Positions 7,978 through 18,580 of a stretch of 64,000 nt of DNA are shown in pieces. The notes beneath the pieces are model-generated. The model worked only from the letters and a program-made list of their open reading frames with translations, did no database searches and was not told the DNA's origin. Position 1 is the stretch's first letter. Each line of letters starts with the position of its first letter. Source of the DNA: an uncultured virus (IMG/VR IMGVR_UViG_3300042462_000205). Taxonomy: Duplodnaviria > Heunggongvirae > Uroviricota > Caudoviricetes. The position numbers were made by a program, and so were the translations under genes. Location: IMG/VR virus record IMGVR_UViG_3300042462_000205. One strand, given 5' to 3'.

Positions 7978-8190
7978 ATGGCTAAAACAAATGCAACATT
8001 CAAATTAGGTAAGATGGTTAAATTAACATTGGCAACAATCTTGGATAAAACTGAACGCAGGATCTACTTGAAAGCAATGGTCAGCGCACAGCAATCATAT
8101 TTAGAATCTAAGAACAAAAAGTTCACTGAGTTACGTTCGACGACACCAGCTAACGGCACACCAGCACGTCAACCACAACCAACTAAGTAA
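7978..8190 (+). CDS. small basic hypothetical protein
   Basis: AAGGAG RBS. Confidence 0.7.
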   Translation: MAKTNATFKLGKMVKLTLATILDKTERRIYLKAMVSAQQSYLESKNKKFTELRSTTPANGTPARQPQPTK

Positions 8191-8372
8191 AATTTTTAAT
8201 ATAGATTGGCTAAACTGCATAAATATATTTGCAGCGCCAATATTCATTGACGCCGGTATCTTAGACGCTTAGGGTAGTGCAACCCTTTTACTACTGTGTT
8301 ACATGTAGAACGCCGTCCGTGTGCAGAATCATCTGCTAGCTAATTTATTCATTAAATTACGAGGAAAATAAC

Positions 8373-9422
8373 ATGAAAGTTACAAAAATCCCTGGCCTTG
8401 GTAGGTTTGGTGTTTTTATCGATGACGTAGATCTTAAAAACATCTCTCACGAAGAATGGATGGAGATTGGTAAGATCCATCTTGAAAGTTTAGTTACGAT
8501 TATACGTGGCAATGATTTAGATCACGCCACTTACTATAATCTAATGAGTCAATGGGGCGAGCCTAGATACAATCGTCCTTTACAGTTTTACATGAAGTAT
8601 GGTAAGCCCTTAAAAGAACTAGTACTCACTGACGGATTGGATGCAGACGATAAGATTACTTTTGCTAACGGTCGTCGTTGGCAAGTAGACAAAAAGATGC
8701 CAGGCATGATCCGTGTTACTCCGATAAAAGATAGTATTGGTCGTAGCATTGGTCTATTTGGTGATGGTGAATTGTTTTGGCACAGTAACGAATGTGCTGA
8801 CGTAGCATTTACACCAGGTGTTAGTCTAATGGGTTGGCAAAATATGGTAGGCAGTTGCACAGGTTTCTGTACAAGTGCTGATTGGTATGAACGTCAGTCT
8901 GATAGTTTCCGTAAAGAACTAGACGATATGATTGTTATACATAATTACCATAAGGATCGTTTACAAAAAGATCCAATTCCAGATCAGGAAAAATTCTATA
9001 AGAACAATAGCTGTCCAGATGACGACATGGATGTTCCGTTGATTATCCAAAGTCCGGGTGGTATTAAAGGTGTACACTTAGGTATTAACACATTTGACTA
9101 TATCGATGGTATGAGCAAAATAGAAAGCGATAAACTATTTGCACGTATCCGTGAAGAAATGTTTACCGACGAATACATTTATAAACATTGGTATCAAAGC
9201 GATAAAGATATCTGCTTATTTGATAACAGTATTACCCTACACAATAGAGAAATTGAACACGGCTTAATGCCGGATCGTATGGGATATCGTATTCAATTTG
9301 ATTATGACACGTTAACCGGCGGCACGTATCAACCATTCTTTCAACAAGAATACAATGATAGACGTAATGAAAAGATTCGTTTATTGGGTGTAGCAATGGA
9401 AGGAATGGAAGTTAAGGCATAA
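8373..9422 (+). CDS. TauD/TfdA-like Fe(II)/2-oxoglutarate dioxygenase
   Basis: WHSNE, distal Y-x-H-x-Y...FDNSITLHNR and late R. Confidence 0.8.
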   Translation: MKVTKIPGLGRFGVFIDDVDLKNISHEEWMEIGKIHLESLVTIIRGNDLDHATYYNLMSQWGEPRYNRPLQFYMKYGKPLKELVLTDGLDADDKITFANGRRWQVDKKMPGMIRVTPIKDSIGRSIGLFGDGELFWHSNECADVAFTPGVSLMGWQNMVGSCTGFCTSADWYERQSDSFRKELDDMIVIHNYHKDRLQKDPIPDQEKFYKNNSCPDDDMDVPLIIQSPGGIKGVHLGINTFDYIDGMSKIESDKLFARIREEMFTDEYIYKHWYQSDKDICLFDNSITLHNREIEHGLMPDRMGYRIQFDYDTLTGGTYQPFFQQEYNDRRNEKIRLLGVAMEGMEVKA

Positions 9423-10120
9423 TGACAAAACCATTGGCCTTCATCGGGTGTAATAGTGCTATGCAACTTTTAGCGGATGCCGCTTATAGGCAAGGATTAA
9501 AAGTTGCAGGCATAATTGACAGTGACTATTACGGTAACACTGAAGAATACCATGGATTTCCTATTATTGGTAGTGAAAAACAGTTTGAGGACACAGAGTC
9601 GTTTAACACATTGACTGACAAATACGATTTCTTCATTGCTACTAATTGGAGTCCCGATCCATTACATACTCGTGACAGAGAAAAGCGCAAATATCTAATC
9701 GAGCTAGTAGAACAGTTGGGCATCAAATGTATTAACCTAATTGATCCTAACTGTTATATTGGTTCAAATGTTAAGATTGGCCAAGGCAATTATATTGGCT
9801 ATAACTGTTACATTGAATTTGACAATCAAATAGGTAATTTTTGTATTATACATAGCGACAATGGTATAAGCTATGGTTGTACTATTGGCAACAATACTAT
9901 TATCAGACAGCGATGCGGATTGGCCAATGCCGATATTGGCGATAATGTTTATATTGGTACTTGTAGTAATTTATTTACAAGTAGTCGTAGATTAATTGTA
10001 GGCAATAATGCTGTAGTCAATCAAGGCCTGTGGGTAATGCGCAGTGTTGATGCTGGCGAGCACGTTAGGTTAACTAAAGATGCTGTTAGAACTCAACGGA
10101 ATTACACAGATGTTAGTTAA
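9422..10120 (+). CDS. PglD/NeuD-like hexapeptide-repeat acyltransferase
   Basis: N-terminal alpha/beta domain, then IDP..IGSNVKIGQGNYIG beta-helix repeats. Confidence 0.8.
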   Translation: MTKPLAFIGCNSAMQLLADAAYRQGLKVAGIIDSDYYGNTEEYHGFPIIGSEKQFEDTESFNTLTDKYDFFIATNWSPDPLHTRDREKRKYLIELVEQLGIKCINLIDPNCYIGSNVKIGQGNYIGYNCYIEFDNQIGNFCIIHSDNGISYGCTIGNNTIIRQRCGLANADIGDNVYIGTCSNLFTSSRRLIVGNNAVVNQGLWVMRSVDAGEHVRLTKDAVRTQRNYTDVS

Positions 10121-10790
10121 CTTGTATGTGGTTAAACTTAAACCCATTAACATGTTTAATTTACCACTGGCACTATTAAACGAAGCACTAGGCAATCGCG
10201 TATATGATTCGTGTAAATGTAGTATTGATGCCGCTGGTCAAATTGTAATTGATATTGGCAAATTTGCCCATCAATATTCTGATGACCCTGCTAACAAATT
10301 TAGAACGATTGATTGGTCAGCATCAATAGACAATTTAGAAACCAGTGTTGCTGATGCAGTGGCACAGGGAAAAGTGTTGTTGTTTGGTACATATAGACAG
10401 GATCAAATTGATTATCTCAAAAATCATTTTGGCAACACTATTGTAACTGTAGGAGTCGAATACAATGAAGATATGTATCCAACGATATTAACAGAATTTG
10501 TTAACAAGCACATAGCGTTACTCAAAACAGGACACCTTACTATGACAGAATATGACAGTATAGTAATGGATAAGTCGCCTGATGATATTCTATCCTATTA
10601 TTATCATGCATTTGATCAACAACAGTTGGTACCGCAGACTGAACTAGCCGACTGTGATCTAGTAATACCACTCGATGACTTCTATAACATTGATGCAATG
10701 CAACAGCATATAGAACAATTAGGTATTTTATTTAATACCGCCGCCGTTGATTTTTATAATCAATGGTCAACTAAAGGTAAACAAACATGA
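10080..10790 (+). CDS. hypothetical protein (start probably about 10110)
   Basis: Long ORF coupled to neighbours. Confidence 0.65.
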   Translation: MLLELNGITQMLVNLYVVKLKPINMFNLPLALLNEALGNRVYDSCKCSIDAAGQIVIDIGKFAHQYSDDPANKFRTIDWSASIDNLETSVADAVAQGKVLLFGTYRQDQIDYLKNHFGNTIVTVGVEYNEDMYPTILTEFVNKHIALLKTGHLTMTEYDSIVMDKSPDDILSYYYHAFDQQQLVPQTELADCDLVIPLDDFYNIDAMQQHIEQLGILFNTAAVDFYNQWSTKGKQT

Positions 10791-10993
10791 CTGAAACACA
10801 TAAAAGAACAGTAGTACGAATGCTTACATATAGAATCACTGCTTGGTTATTTACTATATTGTGGACTTGGTTAATTGTGGGAGATTTGGCAAAATCAACA
10901 GGATTTGCCACAGTGCTACACATATTACTAAGTATCGACTATTATATACATGAACGAATTTGGTTAAAAATTAAATGGGGTTTACTCAAATAA
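10787..10993 (+). CDS. DUF2061-like small membrane protein
   Basis: ETHKRTVVRMLTYR..YYIHERIW..IKWG. Confidence 0.75.
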   Translation: MTETHKRTVVRMLTYRITAWLFTILWTWLIVGDLAKSTGFATVLHILLSIDYYIHERIWLKIKWGLLK

Positions 10994-10997
10994 TCCA

Positions 10998-11026
10998 TTG
11001 ACACAGTTGAAAATTAATGTTATACT
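10998..11026 (+). promoter_or_regulatory. sigma70 promoter
   Basis: TTGACA-17-TATACT. Confidence 0.8.
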
Positions 11027-11068
11027 AGTAAAATAAGAGTTTATCTTAAATTAACTGGAGTACACATT

Positions 11069-11224
11069 ATGTTTGAATCAATTGAAATTCGTAAAGTAGC
11101 AAACGGTTTTATTGTAATTTTAAATACAGAAGAAGATGCTAAAGAGTTTGTATTTGACACAAGCCGAAAAGCAGTTAAGTTCATTCGTGAATACGTAGAA
11201 GGCAAAGTTTCACAACCAGCATAA
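11069..11224 (+). CDS. small hypothetical protein (51 aa, MFESIEIRKVANGFIV...)
   Basis: Hand-translated; GGAG RBS; downstream of promoter. Confidence 0.7.
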   Translation: MFESIEIRKVANGFIVILNTEEDAKEFVFDTSRKAVKFIREYVEGKVSQPA

Positions 11225-11294
11225 TTTTAGTCACGTAATTGGCTAAAATAAATACTGATATAATAGTAACATTCAATTAACAAGGAACACATCA

Positions 11295-12326
11295 ATGTCA
11301 AAAACCGTGCTGGTAACAGGTGGTGCAGGCTTCATCGCACATCACGTTATCGAAAACTTACTTAAAAATACTGATTGGAATATTGTCAGTCTAGACCGAT
11401 TAGACTTTTCGGGCAACTTAAACCGATTAGCTGATATGATGTCAGACTTTGACGTAGAAACACGTAAGCGTGTTAAAGTTGTATTCCATGATCTACGTGC
11501 AGAATTAAATCCAATGATTGCTAGAGAACTAGGTGATGTTAATTATGTATTACATCTAGCAGCAGGTTCACACGTTGATCGTAGTATTGAGTTTCCCATG
11601 GAATTTGTACTTGATAATGTAGTTGGTACTTGTAATATATTGAATTATTCACGTACACTGCCTAACCTAGAACGTTTTATCTATTTCTCAACAGATGAAA
11701 TATTTGGCACAGCACCGGTCGGAGTTAATTATGCTGAACGTGATCGTTACAATTCAACCAATCCATATTCAGCTACCAAAGCTGGTGGTGAAGAGCTAGC
11801 TGTAGCTTTTGAAAATACCTACAAGATGCCTATCTACATTACACATACAATGAATGTATTCGGTGAGCGTCAGCACCCAGAGAAATACATTCCAATGTGT
11901 ATTCGTAAAGTAAATGATGGTGATGTGATTACAGTACACAGTGATTCAACTAAGACCATTGCTGGTAGTAGACATTATATTCACGCCGCAGACGTAGCAG
12001 ATGCTATGTTATTTTTATTAAATTTAGATCCTGCTAAAGTTAACGAACGTGACTACGGTGATGCAAAATGTCCTAAGTTTAACCTAGTGGGCAAGGAAGA
12101 AATTGATAACTTATCTCTGGCACAGATTATTGCTGCCGCGCAAGGTAAAGAACTCAAGTATGAAATGGTAGACTTCCATAGCAGTCGTCCTGGGCATGAC
12201 CTACGTTATGCACTAAGTGGTGAATACATGCGTAAACTAGGTTGGGAACCTAAGCACACATTAACACAACGCATTGGCGAAGTTGTTAAATGGACATTAG
12301 CTAATGAGAGATGGTTAAGATGCTAA
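11295..12326 (+). CDS. rfbB: dTDP-glucose 4,6-dehydratase-like
   Basis: VTGGAGFI, HLAAGSHVDRSI, STDE, YSATK, QHPEK, RPGHDLRYA. Confidence 0.88.
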   Translation: MSKTVLVTGGAGFIAHHVIENLLKNTDWNIVSLDRLDFSGNLNRLADMMSDFDVETRKRVKVVFHDLRAELNPMIARELGDVNYVLHLAAGSHVDRSIEFPMEFVLDNVVGTCNILNYSRTLPNLERFIYFSTDEIFGTAPVGVNYAERDRYNSTNPYSATKAGGEELAVAFENTYKMPIYITHTMNVFGERQHPEKYIPMCIRKVNDGDVITVHSDSTKTIAGSRHYIHAADVADAMLFLLNLDPAKVNERDYGDAKCPKFNLVGKEEIDNLSLAQIIAAAQGKELKYEMVDFHSSRPGHDLRYALSGEYMRKLGWEPKHTLTQRIGEVVKWTLANERWLRC

Positions 12327-12982
12327 GGGAAATATTTGATAATTTAGATCTACACTGCGGTAAATGGAGTCATTACTTTGACATCTACGAACAGCACTTT
12401 AACAAGTTTGTTGGTAAGAAGCCAGTAGTAGTTGAAGTTGGTATTTGTCGTGGTGGCTCAGCAGAAATGTGGAAGAAGTATTTTGGCGAAGGTGCTACTA
12501 TTGTTGGCATTGACATTGACCCCGATGCATTTAAGCCAGAACACCAAACACCAGGCTGTATACAGGTAAATGGCAGTCAAGCCGACCCGGCATTTTGGGA
12601 TGAGTTCTTAACAGAGTATCCAAACATTGATGTATTCATCGATGACGGAAGTCATGTATGCAGTCACCAAATTTTGACCTTACAAAAAGTTTGGTCAAGC
12701 ATTACTCCGGGCGGTGTTTATCTATGTGAAGATACACATACTAACTATTGGCCAGAGTACAGTGGTGGTATTCGAGTACCTAGCACGTTTTTAAACTATG
12801 CTAAACAAATTACCGACACTATGAATGTTAACTACTACAAAGATTTAGATCGTCATCCAGATAATATGATGTTTGCTGACTTCTATAAAGATCTGTCAGG
12901 GCAACATTTCTATGATAGTATTGTAGTATTAGACAAAGATGGCAAACGCCCAACTGAATTAGTAACGAGCACACCGATATGA
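12311..12982 (+). CDS. class I SAM-dependent (sugar O-)methyltransferase
   Basis: KWSHYFDIY, VEVG, GIDI, IDDGSH, GGVYLCED. Confidence 0.85.
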   Translation: MVKMLREIFDNLDLHCGKWSHYFDIYEQHFNKFVGKKPVVVEVGICRGGSAEMWKKYFGEGATIVGIDIDPDAFKPEHQTPGCIQVNGSQADPAFWDEFLTEYPNIDVFIDDGSHVCSHQILTLQKVWSSITPGGVYLCEDTHTNYWPEYSGGIRVPSTFLNYAKQITDTMNVNYYKDLDRHPDNMMFADFYKDLSGQHFYDSIVVLDKDGKRPTELVTSTPI

Positions 12983-13719
12983 ATAAACAAACAGTCTTAA
13001 TTACATCAGCAGTGTATACTAACTATGGTATATACGATGCTAAACAACGTATACAACAAACATTGGATACAGTTAAAAGCGCCAAGCAATATATACCGGA
13101 TTGTACTATTGTTTTAATTGATAATAGTACAGTTGCGGTACAGGCAGATGACAGCGCAGAACTAAATGAACTAATTGATCTTGTTGATTACTATATTGAC
13201 AACAGTGATGACAAAGACATACAACATTTCCATAATAATATTACTAATTATGATATTGGTAAGAATTCAATGGAATGTGTTGGTATGTACAAGGCACTTG
13301 CTTACATGTCATCTAATCCTGAGCTGATGGATATTATTACAAATTCATCAAGAATATTTAAACTCAGTGGTCGTTATCAACTAACTGATAAGTTTGATAT
13401 CTCTGCATTTGATAATGACAGTACCAAAGACAAATACGTGTTTAAAAAGGCGCAGGCCAGTTGGATTAATTCAGCTGATACCGGTGTAACTACTATGTTG
13501 CAAACACGCTTATGGTCATTTACTCCAAGTTTGTTTACTGACACTATTCAATTATTTCAAACTATTTTACAAAATATGTTTGCTACCTTTAATCAGGGAA
13601 AATATATTGATGTTGAACACAGTATGGCAAAGTTTGTGCCAGCAGACAAGTTAGTTGAATTGGACACAGTTGGCCTACAAGGCAACATTGCTCCAAATGG
13701 TATGATGATCATTGACTAA
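12979..13719 (+). CDS. hypothetical, possible glycosyltransferase-fold protein
   Basis: LITS..R..QT..IDNS..FKLSGRY pattern; sugar cluster context. Confidence 0.5.
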   Translation: MNKQTVLITSAVYTNYGIYDAKQRIQQTLDTVKSAKQYIPDCTIVLIDNSTVAVQADDSAELNELIDLVDYYIDNSDDKDIQHFHNNITNYDIGKNSMECVGMYKALAYMSSNPELMDIITNSSRIFKLSGRYQLTDKFDISAFDNDSTKDKYVFKKAQASWINSADTGVTTMLQTRLWSFTPSLFTDTIQLFQTILQNMFATFNQGKYIDVEHSMAKFVPADKLVELDTVGLQGNIAPNGMMIID

Positions 13720-14645
13720 TGAAAAACATCTTAATCATTGGCGGTAATGGTTATGTTGGTAGTAGACTCAGACAAGTATTAGCACAGACCTACACTGTAG
13801 AAAGTGTAGACTGTTGCTGGTATAACTATGATGAAACCTCTAAGAGAACTGACTATCATAAATTGACCGCAGACTACATGTCAAATTTTGACGCTGTGGT
13901 ATTACTAGCAGGACATAGCAGTGTGGCTAGTTGTGTTGGTGACATAAAAAGTCCTTGGTTAAACAATGTTACTAATTTTACTGATCTATTAGACAAGTTA
14001 TCACATAAAAATATTCCGCTGATCTACGCTAGTTCAGCAAGCGTATATGGTAACAGTCTACCCGGACAATTATTCACAGAAGAAAATCGACAGTTTGTAC
14101 CCGTAAACAATTACGACATTACCAAATATACTTTAGACCTAGAAGCTAAGATTGCTATCAGTAACGGACATACCATAATGGGTCTACGCTTCGGTACAGT
14201 TAATGGTTGGAGTCCTAACCTACGTGCCGATGTTATGATTAATGCTATGTATGATGCGGCTAATAAGCAAGGTAAAATTACAGTAACCAACAAACATATC
14301 AATCGTGCCTTACTAGGCATTGAAGATCTATGCCGTGGTATAGCATACTGTATTGAACGTCCGACTGCGGGCATCTACAATATGGCTAGCTTCAACGCTA
14401 CCGTTGAATATATTGCCGCTACTGTAGCCAAGGAACTAGATGTGCAAGTAGTTGACCGAGGAGTTACTGCTAACGCTTACGACTTTGGACTAGATACTAC
14501 ATTATTTCAGAAGACATTTGACTTTACATTTACTGAAACACCTAGTACAATAGTTACTAGTCTAAAAAAAAGATATGCGGAATCACATGTTGAGCGCCGC
14601 GACAATTACATGACATATCAATGGGAAAAAGAATATGATCGATAA
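13719..14645 (+). CDS. NAD-dependent epimerase/dehydratase/reductase
   Basis: GGNGYVG, ASSASVYG, YDITK, LRFGTV. Confidence 0.88.
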   Translation: MKNILIIGGNGYVGSRLRQVLAQTYTVESVDCCWYNYDETSKRTDYHKLTADYMSNFDAVVLLAGHSSVASCVGDIKSPWLNNVTNFTDLLDKLSHKNIPLIYASSASVYGNSLPGQLFTEENRQFVPVNNYDITKYTLDLEAKIAISNGHTIMGLRFGTVNGWSPNLRADVMINAMYDAANKQGKITVTNKHINRALLGIEDLCRGIAYCIERPTAGIYNMASFNATVEYIAATVAKELDVQVVDRGVTANAYDFGLDTTLFQKTFDFTFTETPSTIVTSLKKRYAESHVERRDNYMTYQWEKEYDR

Positions 14646-15849
14646 CGCAAAAGAATTAACCGAATGTCTATGCTGTGGCAGTAAACATTTAGAACCAACT
14701 TTAGACCTTGGCGAGCAACCAATGGCCAATAGTTTCTTAGAATCGCCAGAAACACCAGAATTAATATTTCCGTTAAAACTTAATCGTTGTACAGAATGCT
14801 GTCACTTGCAGTTAAGTCATGCAGTTGATCCCGACTTATTATTCCGTAACTATTTGTACGTAAGTGGCACTAGTCAAACACTCAAAGATTATTTTGATTG
14901 GTTTGCTAACTACTCATTTGAATTCTTTTCAGAGAAGCCAACCAGCGTATTAGACATTGCTTGTAATGATGGCACACAGTTAGATTCATTTAAAAAGTTT
15001 GGTTTAACAACTTATGGAGTTGACCCAGCTACAAACCTACATCCAATTAGCAGTAAGAATCACGAAGTAATCTTAGACTACTTTACAGCGGCTCATGTAG
15101 AGGGATTAAAAGCTAAGAACATTGACATTATCAATGCACAAAACGTGTTTGCACATAATGACTATCCGTTAGACTTCTTACGTCAATGTAAAGAAATTAT
15201 GCACGACGGTAGTGTACTGTTTATTCAAACTAGTCAAGCTGATATGGTTAAGAACAATGAGTTTGACACTATCTATCACGAACACCTAAGTTTCTTCTGT
15301 GCTAACAGCATGAACGAACTAGCTAAACGTGCTGGCCTAAACTTAATTGACATTACCAAAACACCTATCCATGGTAACAGCTATGTGTTTGTGTTTAGTA
15401 AACATCCTGGTACAGATGGCAAAGTTGAACAGGTACTAGCAGAAGAACGTGCCGCAGGTTTACAAGATCCACAGACTTATGTAGAGTATGCTCGTCGAGC
15501 ACAGCAAGTAGTGCAAGATCTTAAAGATACTATTGTGGCCTATCGTGCAGAAGGATTTGTTATTGCTGGTTATGGCGCGGCAGCCAAAGGTATGACATTA
15601 CTTAACTTTGGCAACATTACTTTGGACTTTATCATTGATGACAATCCGATGAAGCAGGGTCTGTTCAGTCCCGGCATGCATATCCCCGTTGTGTCACTTG
15701 ACATGTTGGATGAGTGTAAAGATCTTAATGTTGCATTTGTTCCCTTAGCATGGAATTTCTTTAATGAAATTAAACGCAATATTAAAACTAAACGTGATAA
15801 TACTGAAGATGTGTTTATTCGTTACTTCCCAACTATCAGTGTAGAATAA
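14635..15849 (+). CDS. NDP-hexose C-methyltransferase
   Basis: Zn site CLCC..CTECCH, DIACNDG, FDTIYHEH, HGNS, GYGAAAKG, LAWNF. Confidence 0.9.
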   Translation: MIDNAKELTECLCCGSKHLEPTLDLGEQPMANSFLESPETPELIFPLKLNRCTECCHLQLSHAVDPDLLFRNYLYVSGTSQTLKDYFDWFANYSFEFFSEKPTSVLDIACNDGTQLDSFKKFGLTTYGVDPATNLHPISSKNHEVILDYFTAAHVEGLKAKNIDIINAQNVFAHNDYPLDFLRQCKEIMHDGSVLFIQTSQADMVKNNEFDTIYHEHLSFFCANSMNELAKRAGLNLIDITKTPIHGNSYVFVFSKHPGTDGKVEQVLAEERAAGLQDPQTYVEYARRAQQVVQDLKDTIVAYRAEGFVIAGYGAAAKGMTLLNFGNITLDFIIDDNPMKQGLFSPGMHIPVVSLDMLDECKDLNVAFVPLAWNFFNEIKRNIKTKRDNTEDVFIRYFPTISVE

Positions 15850-16634
15850 TGCGTAAGACCTTACTTTGTCATTTTTTTAATGAGGAATACATGCTACCAT
15901 GGTTCCTTAATCATCACAAGCAGATCTTTGATCATGGCGTGATGATTGACTATCATTCAACTGATCGTTCACGTGAAATCATCCGAGAGATCTGTCCTAC
16001 GTGGGATATTGTAACTAGCCGTAACCCAAACTTCCAAGCAGACCTAATTGATGTAGAAGTCAACGACATTGAAGCTAGTATTGAAGGTTGGAAGATTTGT
16101 CTTAATGTAACAGAACAGTTAATTGGTGATTACACAGCAATGGATGACCGTGGTCCAGAGCATATATTAGTACCAAGTATCTTTATGGTAGACACAGATA
16201 GAGAGCAGACTGTTACACATGACCTGCCCTTGTATAAACAAAAGCATCATGGCTTTGTATTCAGCGATAGCAATCAGGCATTCTTAGAACGTCGTGCTAG
16301 ACGACTACACAAAGGACACGTACCTTATCCAACATCAACCACTGGTGACTGTATGGCTCCTGGTCGTCACTACAACTTCTATACTACAGATAAGTTGGCT
16401 ATATTATATTACGGATGGTGTCCGTTCGATGAAGGTGGTATTGCACGTAAACTACAAATACAAACACAAATACCTCTATTGGATCGTCAACGCGGTTGGG
16501 GATATCATCACATCACAAACAAAGAAACATTAACTTATAGACTTGAGAACGAATTTGTTCCTCGAGCAAGGGATATATCTAAGGAACTAGCATACTATGT
16601 CGACAAACATGAAAATTTTTCAAATTTACTTTAA
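15849..16634 (+). CDS. family 2-like glycosyltransferase
   Basis: FFNEEYMLPWFLNHH..DYHSTDRS. Confidence 0.75.
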   Translation: MRKTLLCHFFNEEYMLPWFLNHHKQIFDHGVMIDYHSTDRSREIIREICPTWDIVTSRNPNFQADLIDVEVNDIEASIEGWKICLNVTEQLIGDYTAMDDRGPEHILVPSIFMVDTDREQTVTHDLPLYKQKHHGFVFSDSNQAFLERRARRLHKGHVPYPTSTTGDCMAPGRHYNFYTTDKLAILYYGWCPFDEGGIARKLQIQTQIPLLDRQRGWGYHHITNKETLTYRLENEFVPRARDISKELAYYVDKHENFSNLL

Positions 16635-17430
16635 GCCAGAATTAAAATCACATTGTGATCCGGCATTTGAGCCATTGGATAATACAGCGAACCCTCGTCC
16701 AGAATTACGTGAGTGGGACGTATGGGATAGAGAATACGAAAACATCCTAGCACAGGGATTAGACTACTGGGGATTTGTGTCTTGGAAGTTCAAAGAAAAA
16801 ACTAACCTGTCAGGTCAACAATTTATTGACTTTATTACGAGTAATCCTGGCGCTGATGTTTATTTTGTTAATCCATGTATAGTTAACGAAGCAGTATTTG
16901 CTAATAGCTGGGAACAAGGTGATCTATATCATCCTAACATATCTGACATTGGCAATAGCTTTTTAACTAAACTTGGTTATGAAGATGTTGATGTAAAAAG
17001 CATGGTACTTGATCGCAACTGTACAATGTTTGCAAATTACATTGTTGGCAGTAGAGCATTCTGGGAAAGATTTATGACGTTTTCACGTCGACTATTTACA
17101 GAAGCAGAAAAGGATCCTGTGTTTAAACATCAGGTATTTGGTGCAGGGTTGAGCAACTATGCACATGATAAAACATTACCAAACTTTACATTTTTGATTG
17201 AAAGATTAATTCCTACATTTATTGATTTAGAGCAGATTTCTGCACTCGGCTACCAATATACGTCTGAAACTGTGCCAGAAAAATATAAGCCATATTTGGG
17301 CGATTTACGAGCATTATCCAGCCTAAAAGTACTGATAAATGAACATAATAGTGATGAATTGTACAACATTTGGAACCATTATAGAAATAGCTTACTACGA
17401 CAATATCCTGGGATTATTGGATTAGAGTAG
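16597..17430 (+). CDS. hypothetical, probable glycan-related enzyme (start probably 16609)
   Basis: IFQIY..WGFVSWKF..FLIERL; cluster context. Confidence 0.55.
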   Translation: MSTNMKIFQIYFKPELKSHCDPAFEPLDNTANPRPELREWDVWDREYENILAQGLDYWGFVSWKFKEKTNLSGQQFIDFITSNPGADVYFVNPCIVNEAVFANSWEQGDLYHPNISDIGNSFLTKLGYEDVDVKSMVLDRNCTMFANYIVGSRAFWERFMTFSRRLFTEAEKDPVFKHQVFGAGLSNYAHDKTLPNFTFLIERLIPTFIDLEQISALGYQYTSETVPEKYKPYLGDLRALSSLKVLINEHNSDELYNIWNHYRNSLLRQYPGIIGLE

Positions 17431-17510
17431 TTATCTAGAACTAAAGAAAGTAAAGTATATACTAAACAACATCAAACTTTAACTATATACTATACCTTCG
17501 GAGGATTCAG

Positions 17511-17747
17511 ATGACGAAATCTAAGGTAATGACAGTAGCAGATATAAGTAATACAGAAGCAAGAACTTACTATTGCGCAGGAAGATATTGCGCAAAGCGA
17601 GAAAAATGTCATAGACACACATCAAGCACACAGGTTAACCGTGCACCATTTGATGATTATGACTTGGTTATGATTAGAGATTTGAACACAAAATCATGCC
17701 AATATTATGTCAGTATAGACAAGGCAACAGCTGACATCAATTCTTAA
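17511..17747 (+). CDS. small Cys-rich hypothetical protein
   Basis: C-x4-C-x5-C-H..C; GGAGG RBS. Confidence 0.65.
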   Translation: MTKSKVMTVADISNTEARTYYCAGRYCAKREKCHRHTSSTQVNRAPFDDYDLVMIRDLNTKSCQYYVSIDKATADINS

Positions 17748-17788
17748 GGCCGACAACCTAAAGACAAAACTAAACAGGAGGAAACGCT

Positions 17789-18325
17789 ATGCGAACGATC
17801 TCACGATTGTTTCACAGAAATTTACTAACCTGGGCAAACCTGTCCATTGTTGTAATAGCAGTAACGGTAACATCACCTGCACACGCAAGTGAAGAAATAA
17901 ACGCATCAACGCAACGACAATTAACGTGTCTAGCACAAAACATTTACCATGAAGCCGGTAGTGAAAGTTTTAACGGCAAAGTAGCAGTAGCTCAAGTAAC
18001 AGTTAATAGAGCTAACAATGGTAAATTCCCATCAACCATATGCGGGGTTGTACATCAAAAAACTCAAATAGCAGACCGGACTATATGTCAGTTCTCATGG
18101 GTTTGTGATCCAGTGGCAAAAGGTCGACGAATATATTCGAAAGCCTGGCAAGAAAGTCGAGAAATTGCACGTAGGGTATTACTCGACGGACTTAGATTGG
18201 AATCACTTGGTTCTGAAGCATTGTACTTTCATAATGCTCGAGTACGTCCAAGATGGAATCTTGAAAGAATAGATCGAATCGGCGGGCATACATTCTACAG
18301 CGGTAATAAAGTCTCTGCAAAATAG
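17789..18325 (+). CDS. SleB-like cell wall hydrolase (Hydrolase_2)
   Basis: CLAQNIYHEAGSE, VAQVTVNR, CQFSW, IGGHTFY; hydrophobic N-terminal segment. Confidence 0.9.
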   Translation: MRTISRLFHRNLLTWANLSIVVIAVTVTSPAHASEEINASTQRQLTCLAQNIYHEAGSESFNGKVAVAQVTVNRANNGKFPSTICGVVHQKTQIADRTICQFSWVCDPVAKGRRIYSKAWQESREIARRVLLDGLRLESLGSEALYFHNARVRPRWNLERIDRIGGHTFYSGNKVSAK

Positions 18326-18328
18326 TCC

Positions 18329-18357
18329 TTGACATCTTCGCTAAATTCATGTATACT
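18329..18357 (+). promoter_or_regulatory. sigma70 promoter
   Basis: TTGACA-17-TATACT. Confidence 0.75.
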
Positions 18358-18451
18358 GTGTTTTTAGTGAAGATATCCTTTTGATATTTTCGTCAATAGC
18401 TAAATATTTGTATGGTAACACAATTGCCATTAAACTATAAAGGGACATACA

Positions 18452-18580
18452 ATGTCAACTACTACAGAAACAACCGTACCAACCACACCACAAGAACCAA
18501 CTATTCCAACAAATGTTTGCCAAACAGGTGATACTGAATGTAACAAACGTTTGATCGAAGCGTTTTCAGACTGCGATTAA
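18452..18580 (+). CDS. 42-aa Thr/Pro-rich, Cys/acidic peptide MSTTTETTVPTTPQEPTIPTNVCQTGDTECNKRLIEAFSDCD
   Basis: Hand-translated; AAGGGA RBS, TAAATA late promoter at 18401 and sigma70 promoter upstream. Confidence 0.7.
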   Translation: MSTTTETTVPTTPQEPTIPTNVCQTGDTECNKRLIEAFSDCD

